Positions 1-12,216 of a DNA stretch of 64,000 nt are shown piece after piece. Position 1 is the first letter of the stretch. Each line of letters starts with the position of its first letter. This DNA comes from Octopus sinensis (taxonomy: Eukaryota), in assembly GCF_006345805.1 (NCBI RefSeq), contig NC_042998.1, forward strand, positions 118,482,001-118,546,000, given 5' to 3'. A model generated the notes under the pieces. That model made no database searches. It was not told the origin of the DNA and saw nothing but the letters and a program-made list of their open reading frames with translations. The translations under genes were made by a program, and so were the position numbers.

Positions 1-19
1 ATATATATATACATATGAA

Positions 20-215
20 AACACAAAGAGAAACCACAACAACGCGAGGACGTGAACCATGTACAGTGTTATTGGACGCTCAGGAAAGGAAAGAAAGAAG
101 GAGGATTTAACGTTTCGAGCGGAGCTCTTCGTCAGGCACATCGAAAAAGGAAAGGACCAAGGAATGGAAGACGGGGAAAGAAAATCGCCAACGATACACA
201 CGCGGTCACAGTGTT
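20..215 (-). mobile_element. Penelope-type terminal repeat fragment carrying a hammerhead-like core
   Basis: Minus strand at 105-140 reads CTGACGA-a-GAGC-tcc-GCTC-GAAACGTT, i.e. hammerhead core, stem II and a palindromic ACGT stem III. The architecture is related to the copies at 26.95 and 30.05 kb. No coding part is seen. Confidence 0.5.
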
Positions 216-959
216 TTCCTTCACATATACGCACATACACCTGCACGCAGATACATACGAATTAAACATTCGCATACGTACGGAAATATACATAAGAACA
301 AAGTGAGAAACACATTGACATACACGTTTGCAAATACTGAACTGAAGCCGTGACAATAATCAAGAGATATTAAATATATATTGCCATTTTGGGATTTAAA
401 ACTCACCCATATCATCTATTAAATGCTGCAATTTGATTTAAAACACATCTTAGTGATATTCATTGGTTGAAATGCCCACGGTATAGAATCACGAGTTTGG
501 GTACAGAATAAGACTGACATGCAAACTATTTTGCTATTGAATTTCGACCACTGATGCATAATATTCGTTGTAAACGGCCCAGTTCTAATATACCATAGTA
601 AAGAAATTAAATATGATATAGGAAATTAAGATAATATATCTAATACCAGAAAGACACCTCAAAAACTTTTAACTTCGTGGTATTTTCTTGCTATGCTATT
701 AACGTACGTTAAGTGCAATTGGAAATGCAGGAACGATAAGTTACATCTCACCAAAACTAAAGATTCTTTACTTGGTTACAAACTACTGTCTTTATGCAAT
801 TTAGAAAATATGTGTTTGTATACCGGTATGCTGGTTGTCTATAGCACATATTACTGTTTGAAATTCATGCTATGCAGAGCCCGCCCGTAAATCTATCTTT
901 AGACAAGCTATTACAAAATAAAGACCCATAACGGAATCTGTCAGAACACACAATTCCCT

Positions 960-2255
960 TCGACTTGCACATAAAAGACGAACATTAACCTCAGCTATTA
1001 CTATTTTTCAAGATAACTACAATTGTTATTGCTGCAGTAATTATAACATCTAGTTTTCCAAAGGATCGATTTATTGTATAATCTTTCCCAGTTGTACTAC
1101 ACTGATATCGATATCCGATGAATCATTTAAGTACGTCAGTAAAATAGTATTTCATTGACTGAATAGTTGACCTCTGAAAAATCTTACGCTGGAATTTTTT
1201 TTTTATTTCAATTTCGTTTTCAAATATCATAATTGCACTTTGACATTTATCTTTTTAAAACATGAACAGCCGGCTTTTATAGGATATTTTAGAAGTATGT
1301 ACAATCGAAGCAAATATTCTTCCGGTATATCTTTATAATATAATTCTCATAATAGAAACCGAATTCTCATAGCTTGATTCATGGAGCAGTATTCTAATAA
1401 GGGTGATGATTAATTGATATTTTGATTCGAAAATTGCATTGTATAAACATCGGTAAAAGGTGTCATCTTTTATAAATGTCGAACAATGTTACAATTATTC
1501 TTCTGGTACTCAATATAACACATGGTGTCGTTAGTACCACCAATTGACATCCTATAGGAATGTATTAATTAGATATGGCACCTCTTATTTATAAAGGTGA
1601 TAATCAGCGATATATCGATGTCTGTACAATTCATACAATCTTTATTTCAATGTATGAAATGTTTCCATAATATGAATAGAAACTCTCTACTGAATGACTT
1701 GCCAATTATTGATATTAATTCGGCAAAAAATATCCAAAGTTATATAAATAACCGTATAATGCTACTTACTGGTTTTCTGTAGCAACAATCAGCCTGGATA
1801 AAGTAGAACTATGGTATATGACGCCTCAACCTTTATCATTCCATCTGTTATTTCCAAGCCTAGAACATAGAAGACTACATTATTCTAAGTATCCTATTTT
1901 TTCAACGATAATCCAGCTTGCTTAAGAGAGATCTCGTTATTTCTAACAGACCGAGTGACCACGAAAGAATCTCACCACGCTACTCTTGTCTTCCTGAAGG
2001 ACGTTATTCATAAATTTGACTTTTCACATGTTATCAGTAGAAGACTGAAAACTTTTATTCAGAGAGGAGCAAAATTAGCTTCTTTTCTTTCGTAAGTCTA
2101 CAGGGATTTTCTAAATTCTTTCCCTATCCAAATTATTCTGAGCCAACGTTATAGAACAAGAGCTTCCTTAAATTTCAGTTTCGTGACTGACATTTATTTC
2201 GTTCAAAGTAACTCGCACATTTTCTACTCGTTTCTTCTTCATCATCATCGTCAAC

Positions 2256-2305
<50 letters not shown>

Positions 2306-2480
2306 TACAATAATAATGATAATTAAGCGTTCAACGAAAGAAAACAATATGGTTAAATTTGTACGTTTGACGCTTACGATTTTCTAACGAAATGTCATTT
2401 GGTAGCACTAAAGAACAATATTGACAAAAGAAGAATAAAACTGCAATGGGAGTAAGTCTATTGAGGAAAGATTCGTATAT
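960..2480 (-). pseudogene. Decayed protocadherin-like relic (EC3 to transmembrane region), many stops and frameshifts
   Basis: Collinear minus-strand motifs: RKRQTYKF (2356-2379), YVDDDD...NKCQSRN (about 2255-2175), NNLDRE (about 2140-2120), VVFYVLGLEITDG (about 1880-1840) and a hydrophobic VIITAAITIVVIL (about 1050-1010). The order matches recalled coleoid protocadherin motifs (RQTYKL, DKFQLQ, IDRE, YKFKVLVKDNG, TM). By-eye comparison only. Confidence 0.45.
2254..2320. repeat. (AAT)n microsatellite
   Basis: Direct reading. It interrupts the protocadherin-like relic. Confidence 0.95.
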
Positions 2481-2559
2481 TGATTTATCTGTCAGTATAT
2501 GAGTTGGATTATTGGCAGGAAGAAATATGTAAGATGCAGAATGACAGGTAAAACGAATA

Positions 2560-2612
2560 CCATCATACATATATGTGTGCGTATGCATAATATATGTATA
2601 TGTATGTATATA

Positions 2613-2650
<38 letters not shown>

Positions 2651-3137
2651 TATATATATATACACATATACATATATATATGTATGTGTGTGTATGTATG
2701 TTTGTATGTATATATATGCATATATGTTTGTTCGTTTGAGTTGGTTGAGATGTCAGTGCTTATTATATACCTATGTGTGCGTGTATCGATGTATATACAT
2801 ATCCATTTCTGTATGTATGCATGTATGAATCTATGTATGTATGTATGTATGTATGTATGTATGTATATAATGAATGTATAAATTGTAAGAGTGAAAGAAA
2901 TACGAAGGGCGAGTATATGAAAAATACATATATCCATATTCATTTATATAAATGTACACCCATTACGTGTGCCAGCACTTAAGCCTGCATGCTCATTGTC
3001 ATTTGTGAAGCAGTTATATATAACAGACACATATACCTCTGCATAGATATATATCTATAATTACCCATCTCCTTCCTATCTCATTTTCATTCGCTTGCTT
3101 TCTCTTTCTCTCTCTCCCTATATGTATTTATGTATAT

Positions 3138-3230
<93 letters not shown>

Positions 3231-3381
3231 ATATTCATATACTTAAGTGTGCGTAAATGTATTTATACGTATACGTATGCATATATATGTGTATATATAT
3301 ATATGTATGTATTCCGTATGTGGTTATCTAATATGCATTCTATATAATGTATATTCAACTTCTATATATGTCTATATATGC

Positions 3382-3448
<67 letters not shown>

Positions 3449-3466
3449 TATATACACGTATGTATG

Positions 3467-3497
<31 letters not shown>

Positions 3498-3545
3498 ATG
3501 TTTGTGTGTGTGTTTCTGTGTGTGCGTGTATGTAATATCTATGTA
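2560..3545. repeat. Compound (TA)n/(TATG)n/(TG)n microsatellite tracts
   Basis: Direct reading. Representative of many similar tracts across the window (e.g. 4.2-4.6, 11.9-12.1, 25.8-26.1, 42-43.6, 60.3-60.9, 62.9-63.8 kb). Confidence 0.95.
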
Positions 3546-4389
3546 TAAGTTTACGTACCATATCATATGCAACTGCGTAACGAGAAAGCTCTAATGGGTT
3601 TTTTAAGTCTCAAACAAAGGAGTAGCTTTCATATATGTTATATCTACCATTGCTCGATCACATTTAGCATAGAAGATAGGTTATAATGTCGAGCAGAAAC
3701 TCGACGTCAATCAAAACACTCTAGCAGCATATTTAAAATCGCAAACATGTTTGTCCTTATATCTCGCTTCCGACATTGCAATTTCATTTTTCACTTTCTT
3801 ATTATTTACCTCCATACTTATTTTTATCTCTTACTACAAAATCGATGAAGTAAAAATAATCGGCCCGTATATATATCTAGAACTGCTGATATTTATTTAG
3901 CACATCGATCATTTCCTATTTGACTTCCTCCAACAATTTCTACTAGATACAGTTTCTGAAATCCTTCGTTTCCTCATCTCAAATACCTTCTTCGTTTTCC
4001 ATATATGCAAGTCAATTCCCAGCGCGTATTTTCCCAAATCGATAAAGAAACAGAAAGTACTATATACCTAAACATTCACCTATAGATTCTGCTTATCCAG
4101 GCGTATATATTGTTGACAGTTGTAATGATATACTAGAGAATGGCCTACTACATAACACTGTCTTCGAATTGAAAACCCTACTTAATTTCGAGAAATTACT
4201 TAAGTGCTATACACACTGACACACACATAAAACAAACTCATATGCACGTACACACACACACACTCACATACATACACATATGTACATATATATATATATT
4301 TGTGTGTATGTGTATACCTGTGTGTATATTTACAAAAACAGACTTATGTATATTGCGTGTGCCTATACACACACATATATATGTATATA

Positions 4390-4465
<76 letters not shown>

Positions 4466-4480
4466 ATATACAAATATATA

Positions 4481-4553
<73 letters not shown>

Positions 4554-6060
4554 TTTGAGAGGTAGCCAGATAGATAGACAGATAGATAGACAGATAGATA
4601 CATACATAGTTTTACGCAGGCACACTTACACACATACACAAACACACATACATATTGGGATACATAATTAATATGAAATATTTCTATCTATAAATATAAA
4701 TCACTTAACTGTACCATCTTGGTTCAGATATGCTAAATATACACATACATGGCCGAGAATTTCTCTGTGCGTCCAATAATGTGCGTATTATATATATATT
4801 ACTACTTGTGCGCTTGAGTACGTATTTGTTTAGATTGCTTCATGCAAAACATAAAATATACGTTTGATTACAAATGAAATGGGAGAAATCTGGTACATAA
4901 ATAATCGCGTCTCTTTATGGAAATTTATAGGTCATGAAATAAATATTATTTTAGTTTTTTTTTCAGGAACATGAGGAATATTTTGAAATGTACCCCTTCT
5001 ATACTTGCTATAATATTCCAATGTTTTTACATACTGATACCATGACATTTATATTATTGTTAACTACACGAAATGGGATTGAGTCAAATAATCACAATGC
5101 ACGTTCGAAATTTATATGCGTTTATGTACTGAGGCTCATATTAGATAAAATATATTAGACTATGTTTAAAAGAAGCCAGAGTAGTTATTATTTATATATC
5201 GCATACGTTAAGATAGACATTCCCAAGTTAAACAAAACAGGCTCTCAGAATATTTACATGATTTCCATGAATCCATTCTAGACTCGAGTTTATGATATTT
5301 GTATAAAAATGTGTGCTATTTATCTCTGTCTAAACAAATACACAATCCATACACTTACTCACTCACTAACATTCATTTATATATGTATTTGTCTACATGT
5401 GTATTTGCGTGTGTAGTGTATCAGTATTCGTACCCATATATTTGATATCTGTTATATTGAACACCAAGCGTAAAATTGCTTGATTTGAGAAATGTAGCTG
5501 AAATCACCTATATTGGCATTAAAAAGGTCTGCTGTTAACACTCTTTTGCTATATCTTTCTCAGTCCAGTCTGCCACAAAGGACTGGAATAATCCATATTC
5601 TGAATTAATCTCTCTTATAAATGTAAACACTAGCAAAAAATAAAAAGGAAACAAACTGAAACAAATGTATATTTCAAGCATACAAGTTTATAAAGCCTGC
5701 ATGGTTGCTACTCCTAAGTTACCCATTATTTCTCGGTAAATTTTACATTCGCTTTCCGTCTCGCTTCATTCTAATTCATTATACTTTCTCTTTATATTTA
5801 ATTTTCCATCATTTATTTCATTATTTTTTACCGGACATTTCAATTTCTTTGCCTCCATATAGTTTTCCGGACTTTTCATTTCCTTTACTCTCATAGTACT
5901 TGATTGATTCTTCTGTGTGTATTCCTTGTGTGTTCGTTCTGTTATTGCTGGGTTTCATGTAATGCATTCCCTTGTCTCCTTGTCTTCAAATGTATTTGTT
6001 TACTACAATATTGTTTTTTAACCTCATTAATTAATGAGAAATACTCTAATCGTTTGATAT

Positions 6061-6452
6061 GCAGCGAGCTGGCAGAATCTTTACCATACTAGTCGAAATG
6101 CTTTGTTGCTTTTCGTTCAGCTTTAAGTTCTAAGTTCAAATCCCGCCGAGGCCGACTTCGTCTTTCGCTCTTTCAGGGTTAATAAAATATGTACCAGTTG
6201 AACACTGGGATCGATGTAATCGACTTACCACCTACCCTGAAATTACTGGAATTGTGTCAAAATCGTTAGCACCCCGGGCAAAATGCTTAGTGGCATTTCT
6301 TCCGTCTTTACGTTCTGAGTTCAAATTCCACTGAGGTCGACTTTACCTTTCGTTCTTTGGGAGTAAATAAAACAAGTTGCAAACTTGGGTCGATCTGATC
6401 GACCAGTCTCTTCACTCGTACATGTGGTTTTGTGCCAAAATTTGAAACCAAT
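6061..6452 (+). mobile_element. tRNA-headed SINE family A, head-to-tail dimer
   Basis: Two consecutive copies: GCAGCGAGCTGGCAGAAT...GTTCAAATCCCGCCGAGG and AATCGTTAGCACCCCGGGC...GTTCAAATTCCACTGAGGTCGAC, with A-box and B-box-like motifs. The same family recurs at least five more times in the window. Confidence 0.9.
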
Positions 6453-6894
6453 ATAACGACGTTTGTTTCGTAGCCTATGATATGATAATTTGACCCATCA
6501 GTCATAATAGATAATGTTATCCTTCATGTCTCAATTTAAAAATCGTTGAATATCCTCATTTGGTTGATGTATTTTCTTTTTACAGGTTTCACATTTGCTT
6601 CTCTTTTTTTTAGATTTGGTAATGTATTAGATTTTTTTCTAGTATTTTTAAAACTATTAATTGCTTTTTCTTCTCACGAAGTAAGAGGAAAGAGTATGGC
6701 ACCTATAGTCTTTCTTAGGTCTTTTGAAACTGGTGAGAGGAAAGATGGAGGGTATCTAAAAACAGTTACGGGGACCTAATATCTTGCGACAAAATGTAAC
6801 CGATGAGGTTACCCAAGTTTATTAATTGTGTTAAAAAGGTGATTGATTAAACCTATCACCCGAATTAGGAAAGGTTCTTTCGACACTCTTCCTC

Positions 6895-7030
6895 ACAGTT
6901 ACTAAATTTTGTATATGAGGTTTGGTCGATCAAAGTTTATAACAGAATTCACAAGCACACTTCTTTTCAGAGATATCGAACCCGAAAATATGGAATTGCT
7001 AAACTAACGTTTTTCCCATGCAACTTGGCC
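6895..7030 (-). mobile_element. Degenerate SINE family B 5' part
   Basis: Aligns loosely by eye to the 57.5-57.7 kb copy (GGTTTGGTCG...ATCGAACCCGAAA). Confidence 0.5.
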
Positions 7031-7299
7031 AGCACCAACGCCTGTTGTAGATATGTTACTTCTGATAAGTTTTTTTCATATCTAATTCGATGTTTCACGA
7101 TTTCAATATTGTTTTCCGTTAAATACTTTACTAAAGTGATTCTGTAATTCTGTTAATTTTGGTAACTTTCTCTTGTTTTAGTTAATATTGTTTCTGTAAT
7201 TTTATTTATCTCAGCCACTGTTATTTCTTTTCCATCAATATTTACTGTTTTTTTTTTATATATATTATACCAGTATTTCTATAGCATATGTGATTTATG

Positions 7300-7920
7300 T
7301 AGGTTATATCTATTTCTTCACTTGGTTCCTGGACAATTTTCTCTATTGCTATATTTGCATTTTTCTCTGTTGTGTATTCTTTTTAGAGGAATGCTATTTT
7401 CGATAAGAACGCTCATTCTTCATTCCGAGAAAATTTGTTCGGGTTTATTTTTTCATTTTTCTTCTATCAAGATTTCCAATGCAGTTGAAGAGATATTTTT
7501 TTCCCTTTCCACTTATATTTATTTCAAGTTGTGTGTTGTTCCATGAAGACTATACTGTGGATTCCTCAGTAAAATGTGATACGTTTGTTGAGAATTATGT
7601 ATGTAATTATAGTTGCGTATGTTACATTACTTGTGTCTCTACATTCTGTGATTTGGCTGTCTTATGAAAAAAAGTTACTTCTCTTTCCGAGAGTCTGTTA
7701 TTCTTTTTATATGACTTCCTACACTTAAAAGTGCATTTTCCGTCAATTTCTCTCTGATATTCCGAAGATAGCTGTTTCTCTACTGTTTGCAAGAATTGGA
7801 TTCTAAAGGAAGAAATAACTGAACTGTGTATAACGTTTATAACGTCAGTCCTGGACTATTTTCGTTTTGCTAGTCGATTATTCTTCCAGGTTTTAGTATG
7901 GGGCTATGAGAATTATTCTG
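7300..7920 (-). pseudogene. Possible decayed protocadherin-like fragment (EC4 region)
   Basis: Minus strand 7540-7461 translates NNTQLEINISGKGKKYLFNCIGNLDRR. The KKY-x7-LDR spacing matches the recalled GRKKYKVIVKNPIDRE motif. Confidence 0.3.
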
Positions 7921-8299
7921 CTTAAAAGTGCAGACGATATTTTGTCTCCTTTTTATTACTATATATATACTCAATAAATCCCTCGCTTTCTCTCCCTCTT
8001 TACTTCTCTTTCTCCTTCTGTCTTTCCTTCTCTCTCTCTCTCTCTCTCACTCTCCATCTCCCTCTCTCTATCTCGCTACCTACCTACCTATCTATCAATC
8101 AATCTATCTGTGTTTTCTTCTCTCTCTCTCTATCTATCTATCTCTCTTCTTATATCCCTTCTGGTTTAAATATTACTAAAAAATATTATTTACCCAACAA
8201 TACCTAGAGAAAAACTCAACAAGCTCCGCAGAAGTTACGGACTTAGTATGAATCTATTTATTATTTAGCATAAACAACGAATTCCCTGAAATAGGAGGG

Positions 8300-8700
8300 T
8301 GTCTATACTAGGAGAATACACTTTTCATCCGGTTTAACCCCCTCAAGTCTAGAGATAGAGAGAGGTACAGGACATTTGTTTTAATTGTTTAAGAACCTGA
8401 GACTATCCATATCAATAGATGTAACACCATCTCTTGATGTTACTTTAGATTTTCAGTGCAGAGAGTTTTAAGTCTTTTGATAATCCAAATACAAATACTA
8501 GATACATAAGTAAAAAAAAAATAGTAATCACGCTAGATTTATAACCCAGTCAATAGTAGAGAACGTATCTACCCGTATTTCCAACTTATCAGCGAACGGA
8601 GACATTTTCAAACTAAACAAGGATTTTATAATTTAGCACTGGATATAACAGAATATAAAGGAAAATTAAAATTCTACAACAAAAGCAACGAGAGAATACA
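8300..8700 (+). pseudogene. Possible decayed protocadherin-like fragment (EC2 end to EC3)
   Basis: Plus strand gives SRDRERYRTFVLIV* (8348-8392), IIQIQILDT* (about 8480-8509) and PYFQLIS then, after a +1 shift, NGDIFKLNKDF (about 8573-8627). These resemble DRE-x-Y, the VxIxVxD linker and YFQLNxxTGEIFL. Confidence 0.4.
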
Positions 8701-9576
8701 AAACAAAACGTAGTAAGAAGGACAATCATAACAATAATCGCTGTGTACTAGGTAACAAGAAAAAAAAAAACAAATAGACAGCCAAGGAATAATAGGAGAG
8801 ATAAGGCGATACATTTCGAACACTTGGAAAAACCGTAGAATACCGACAAATATGAATATTGGTACTGATCTTAAATATTAGGGCCAGATAAGGCATTAAG
8901 AAACTTAGTAATGGAAACTTTAGTAGGCAGTACTCGAATAAAGGGGTTAACTTGTATGACAACCAGTCCACAAATAATTAATAATTTTAATAACAAGCGG
9001 ACAAAATATGGAAAAAAACGAAAATAGATTAAACACTTTTACTAGGTACTTAGCTAAATCTGTAGGCAAGTATAGCAAAAATTTGTAGAGTAAAAATATC
9101 ACTAGTAATGTTGAGTTGTATATGAGTCCCTTCGGAATGCGAATTCTTTCCAGTATTCCCAAATTGTTCTACAAATAGCAGATACTTTAAAGTGTTTAGT
9201 AGACATAACATTTCTTGCATTTTCTTATGTGAAAAATCTCCGTTCTCCTTATATATAGAACATAATGGATTGGATTCATTTAGTGAAGGCTTACATATAT
9301 TACTGAGAACTATTGAAGGGGTCTAGTTCAATCGTATTAATCAAATGGTCCATAGTCGATCGATTGTAAGAAGAGACAACAGCCCATCAGATTTTCCTTC
9401 GGAGTCACAATGAACTCCTTGGTAATAGAAAAGAATTTGATCGAAATGATATTATTCGTAAAACTAAGTCATCTATCTTAAACAAATATCTGACCAGTAT
9501 TGCACAGGCTATAGGGAAAAGGAATTGTAACAGCAGTAAGCATCATGCGATTACAAATTTGACAATATCTATCTAT

Positions 9577-9610
<34 letters not shown>

Positions 9611-9614
9611 TTCT

Positions 9615-9780
9615 ATTCTTTTACTTCTTCACTTTCATGTAACTGCGGCCATGCTGGGGCACCGACTTGAAGAATTTTAGTCGAACGAATCGAACCCAAT
9701 AATAATTCTTTTGTGGAACCGCTAGATTAAGGTTGTCAAGTGGCGGTGAAAGACTATCACAGTCATACACACACACACAC
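9615..9780 (-). mobile_element. SINE family B, 3' part
   Basis: Contains ACTGCGGCCATGCTGGGGCACC, matching the family B tail at 57.27 kb. Confidence 0.75.
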
Positions 9781-10375
9781 ACATATGAGGTGGTATCAAA
9801 GAGTTCCTGGACTAGTTATATTTAGTAAGAAAATAACTTATTTCCCTAAGTTTTAACATCATCTGCGAAATACTCACCTTGCACAACTATACACCGCTGC
9901 CAACCTTCCGGCTACTTTTTGGAATCCGGCCTCAAACTTGTTTTCCATAAGTGAGTTGACGACCTCCTGTGATTCACTCAGGATCTTGACAACGGTGTTA
10001 AAATGAAGGTCTTTGAGCTGCATTTCCATCTTGGGGAGGGAAAAGGATGTCTGCAGGTGTTAATTCTGAAGAATTGGGTGGGTGCAGAAGCGATAACTTG
10101 TGGGGTTTGGCGAGATCTCAGCATTGTCGTCGTGAAGAATCTAGAGATTAGGTTTGCCTGCACGGACACGTACGACACAGCAGCAACAGTAGCAATGTCG
10201 TCGATTGTCCTTCGACTATCCTTATGCACAAGCCGATGAATTTTCACCACATTTCCGGTGATGACGTTCGTGGTAAGTCTTCCAGATTGGTCAGCATCTT
10301 TTAGAGACGTTCTTCCGCTTTCGAAGCGTGAGTACCACTCGAAACATTGCATACGACCCATTGCCTCCCCACCGT

Positions 10376-11596
10376 CTTGTCCTTTTTGTTGAACCTTTGC
10401 TCCGAAAGAACCAAAATGGATTCAGACATGGGTGCTCAACGCTGAGCCAGATACTATGCCTGCGCAGACTTATTGAAGAATCAAAAGCATTTAATCGCGA
10501 TCTTGCAATGGTATTTGTAGACTTTTCTAAAGCGTTCGATTCTGTAGATAGGTACAAGATGTTTGAAATCCTTAAGCTCTATGGGATACCAGACAAAATT
10601 ATTTCTGCCATCAAGGTCCTCTACACAGATACGTCTTCAACCATCTTAACCCCTGATGGAGAAACATCATCTTTCTCGATCGAGACCGGAATACTGCAGG
10701 GAGACACACTCGCCCCATTTCTTTTCATCATTGTTGTTGATTATGTGCTACGTATGTCAGTTGATACCATCTCTGACAAGGGCTTTGAAATAAAACCAAG
10801 AAGAAGTTCCAGACACCCAGCTGAGTACTTGACAGACGCTGACTTTGCGGACGACATCGCTCTTATCAGTGATTCTCTCTCCAATGCCCAGTCTCTCTTA
10901 CAATCTCTTGAACAGGCCTCAAATTGTGTAGGTCTTTACCTCAATGAGACCAAAACTGAATACATAAACAAGTGCCTGTCCAACAGTGATTGCATCATCC
11001 ACACTCTCAACAGTGCACCTTTAAATATGGTTTCTGATTATAAATATCTTGGGTCATACATATCATCATCTGGAAAAGACTTTCTAACTAGAAAGGGTAT
11101 GGCCTGGTCAGCCTGTAATGACATGCATAAGATCTGGTCATCAAATCTAAGTAGAGACTTCAAACTTGAAATATTCAAGGCCACAGTCGAACCAATCCTA
11201 CTATATGGCTCACAAACCTGGACGTTATCAAAGAAGCTTGAGAGGCGGTTGGATGGAACCTACACTCGCCTCCTTATGAGAGCTCAAAATCTCTCGTGGA
11301 GGCGCCATCCAACTAAAATGCAAATATATGGGAAATTACCACCTGTGTCATCTCTTGTGAAAGGTAGGAGAGTCCAGTTTGCTGGACATTGTTGTAGAGC
11401 TGAAAAAGAAGTAATTTCTACTCTTCTCCTCTGGAAGCCATCTACTCGCAACACCAGAGGGCGCACACTCTCCTACCCTGATGTAATCTCCAGGGATACA
11501 GGCATCCAGCAACAGGACCTCCGTAATGCTATGATGGACCGTGAAGTCTGGCGCAACATGGTAAATTCCATTGTCTCGACCACGGTCGAACAATGA
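10376..11596 (+). CDS. Reverse transcriptase (C-terminal part of RTE ORF2), uninterrupted 407-codon frame, no native start
   Basis: The ORF track shows no internal stops from 10328 to 11596. The first about 16 codons lie in antisense mariner sequence. Confidence 0.85.
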   Translation, partial: LVLFVEPLLRKNQNGFRHGCSTLSQILCLRRLIEESKAFNRDLAMVFVDFSKAFDSVDRYKMFEILKLYGIPDKIISAIKVLYTDTSSTILTPDGETSSFSIETGILQGDTLAPFLFIIVVDYVLRMSVDTISDKGFEIKPRRSSRHPAEYLTDADFADDIALISDSLSNAQSLLQSLEQASNCVGLYLNETKTEYINKCLSNSDCIIHTLNSAPLNMVSDYKYLGSYISSSGKDFLTRKGMAWSACNDMHKIWSSNLSRDFKLEIFKATVEPILLYGSQTWTLSKKLERRLDGTYTRLLMRAQNLSWRRHPTKMQIYGKLPPVSSLVKGRRVQFAGHCCRAEKEVISTLLLWKPSTRNTRGRTLSYPDVISRDTGIQQQDLRNAMMDREVWRNMVNSIVSTTVEQ

Positions 11597-11603
11597 TGAT
11601 GAT
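10376..11603 (+). mobile_element. 5'-truncated RTE-clade non-LTR retrotransposon
   Basis: RT motifs QNGFR, FVDFSKAFDSV, GILQGDTLAPFLF, DFADDIAL and LLYGSQTW. Ends in a (TGA)n tail and is inserted into the mariner ORF with a duplicated or microhomologous GT at the junctions. Confidence 0.95.
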
Positions 11604-12060
11604 GTAAGCAAGCCGAAGCATGCTCAATGACCTTGTAGCAGACTTCTTAAGTTTAAAGCAAAATTTCACGTTGGCTCTTTGTTCTACCTCCCTGTCCATG
11701 ACAAAAATCGCAAACTACAACTTTCACATGATCACAAAAACAGAAGTTTCACAACTTTCGAAGTGAACACAGTCATGTGAATCGTCACACTCCCTCATGA
11801 AGATCACTGCTAGTTCTCATTGTGCTCGCAACCATGTACTGCTATCTGTTGACGCGCTACATAACTAGCCCGGGAAATTTTTTATACATCCTAGTATGTA
11901 TGTATGTATGTATGTATGTATGTATCTATGTATGTAAATATGTATGTATGTATATATATATATATACATATATATGTATATATATATGTATATATATATA
12001 TATATGTATGTATATCTATCTATCTATCTACATATATACATATATATATATATAATATAT

Positions 12061-12091
<31 letters not shown>

Positions 12092-12216
12092 TATATATGT
12101 GTGTGTAGTTACATACACGCGCCCGTGCGTGTCTGCGTATGAGATGTTTTGGCATCCATGAGGCCCAAAAGGCAGGTAAGGCTATGTAACTGCTATGGAC
12201 GGATCGCAATTAGACT

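Larger units (their letters stand above)
9784..11896 (-). mobile_element. Internally deleted mariner (Tc1/mariner) transposon interrupted by an RTE LINE
   Basis: 36-nt inverted termini including TA flanks: TATGAGGTGGTATCAAAGAGTTCCTGGACTAGTTAT versus TACTAGGATGTATAAAAAATTTCCCGGGCTAGTTAT, 27/36 identical. The transposase N-terminus MDREVEQRANVKFCFKLKKSATRSLSMLRLAY right of the insertion continues as GGEAMGRMQCFEWYSRFESGRTSL...SGR left of it. Confidence 0.9.

Noticed and set aside
4030-4220. FPNR...SPIDSAYPG...DILENGL, resembling a cadherin EC2 start
   Set aside because: Too short and too weak, with no collinear second motif. Not listed as a feature.
4955-5250. Splice acceptor followed by ATG and a hydrophobic stretch (MRNILKCTPSILAIIFQCF)
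   Set aside because: It stops after 24 codons, and the spacing to the next cadherin-like motif does not fit.
6061-6160. tRNA-like A and B boxes
   Set aside because: They are SINE heads with no complete cloverleaf and continue into SINE body sequence, so they are not tRNA genes.
10328-10375. Apparent start of a 422-aa protein
   Set aside because: The GTG start and first codons lie in antisense mariner sequence. The rest is a 5'-truncated RTE ORF, not a host gene.
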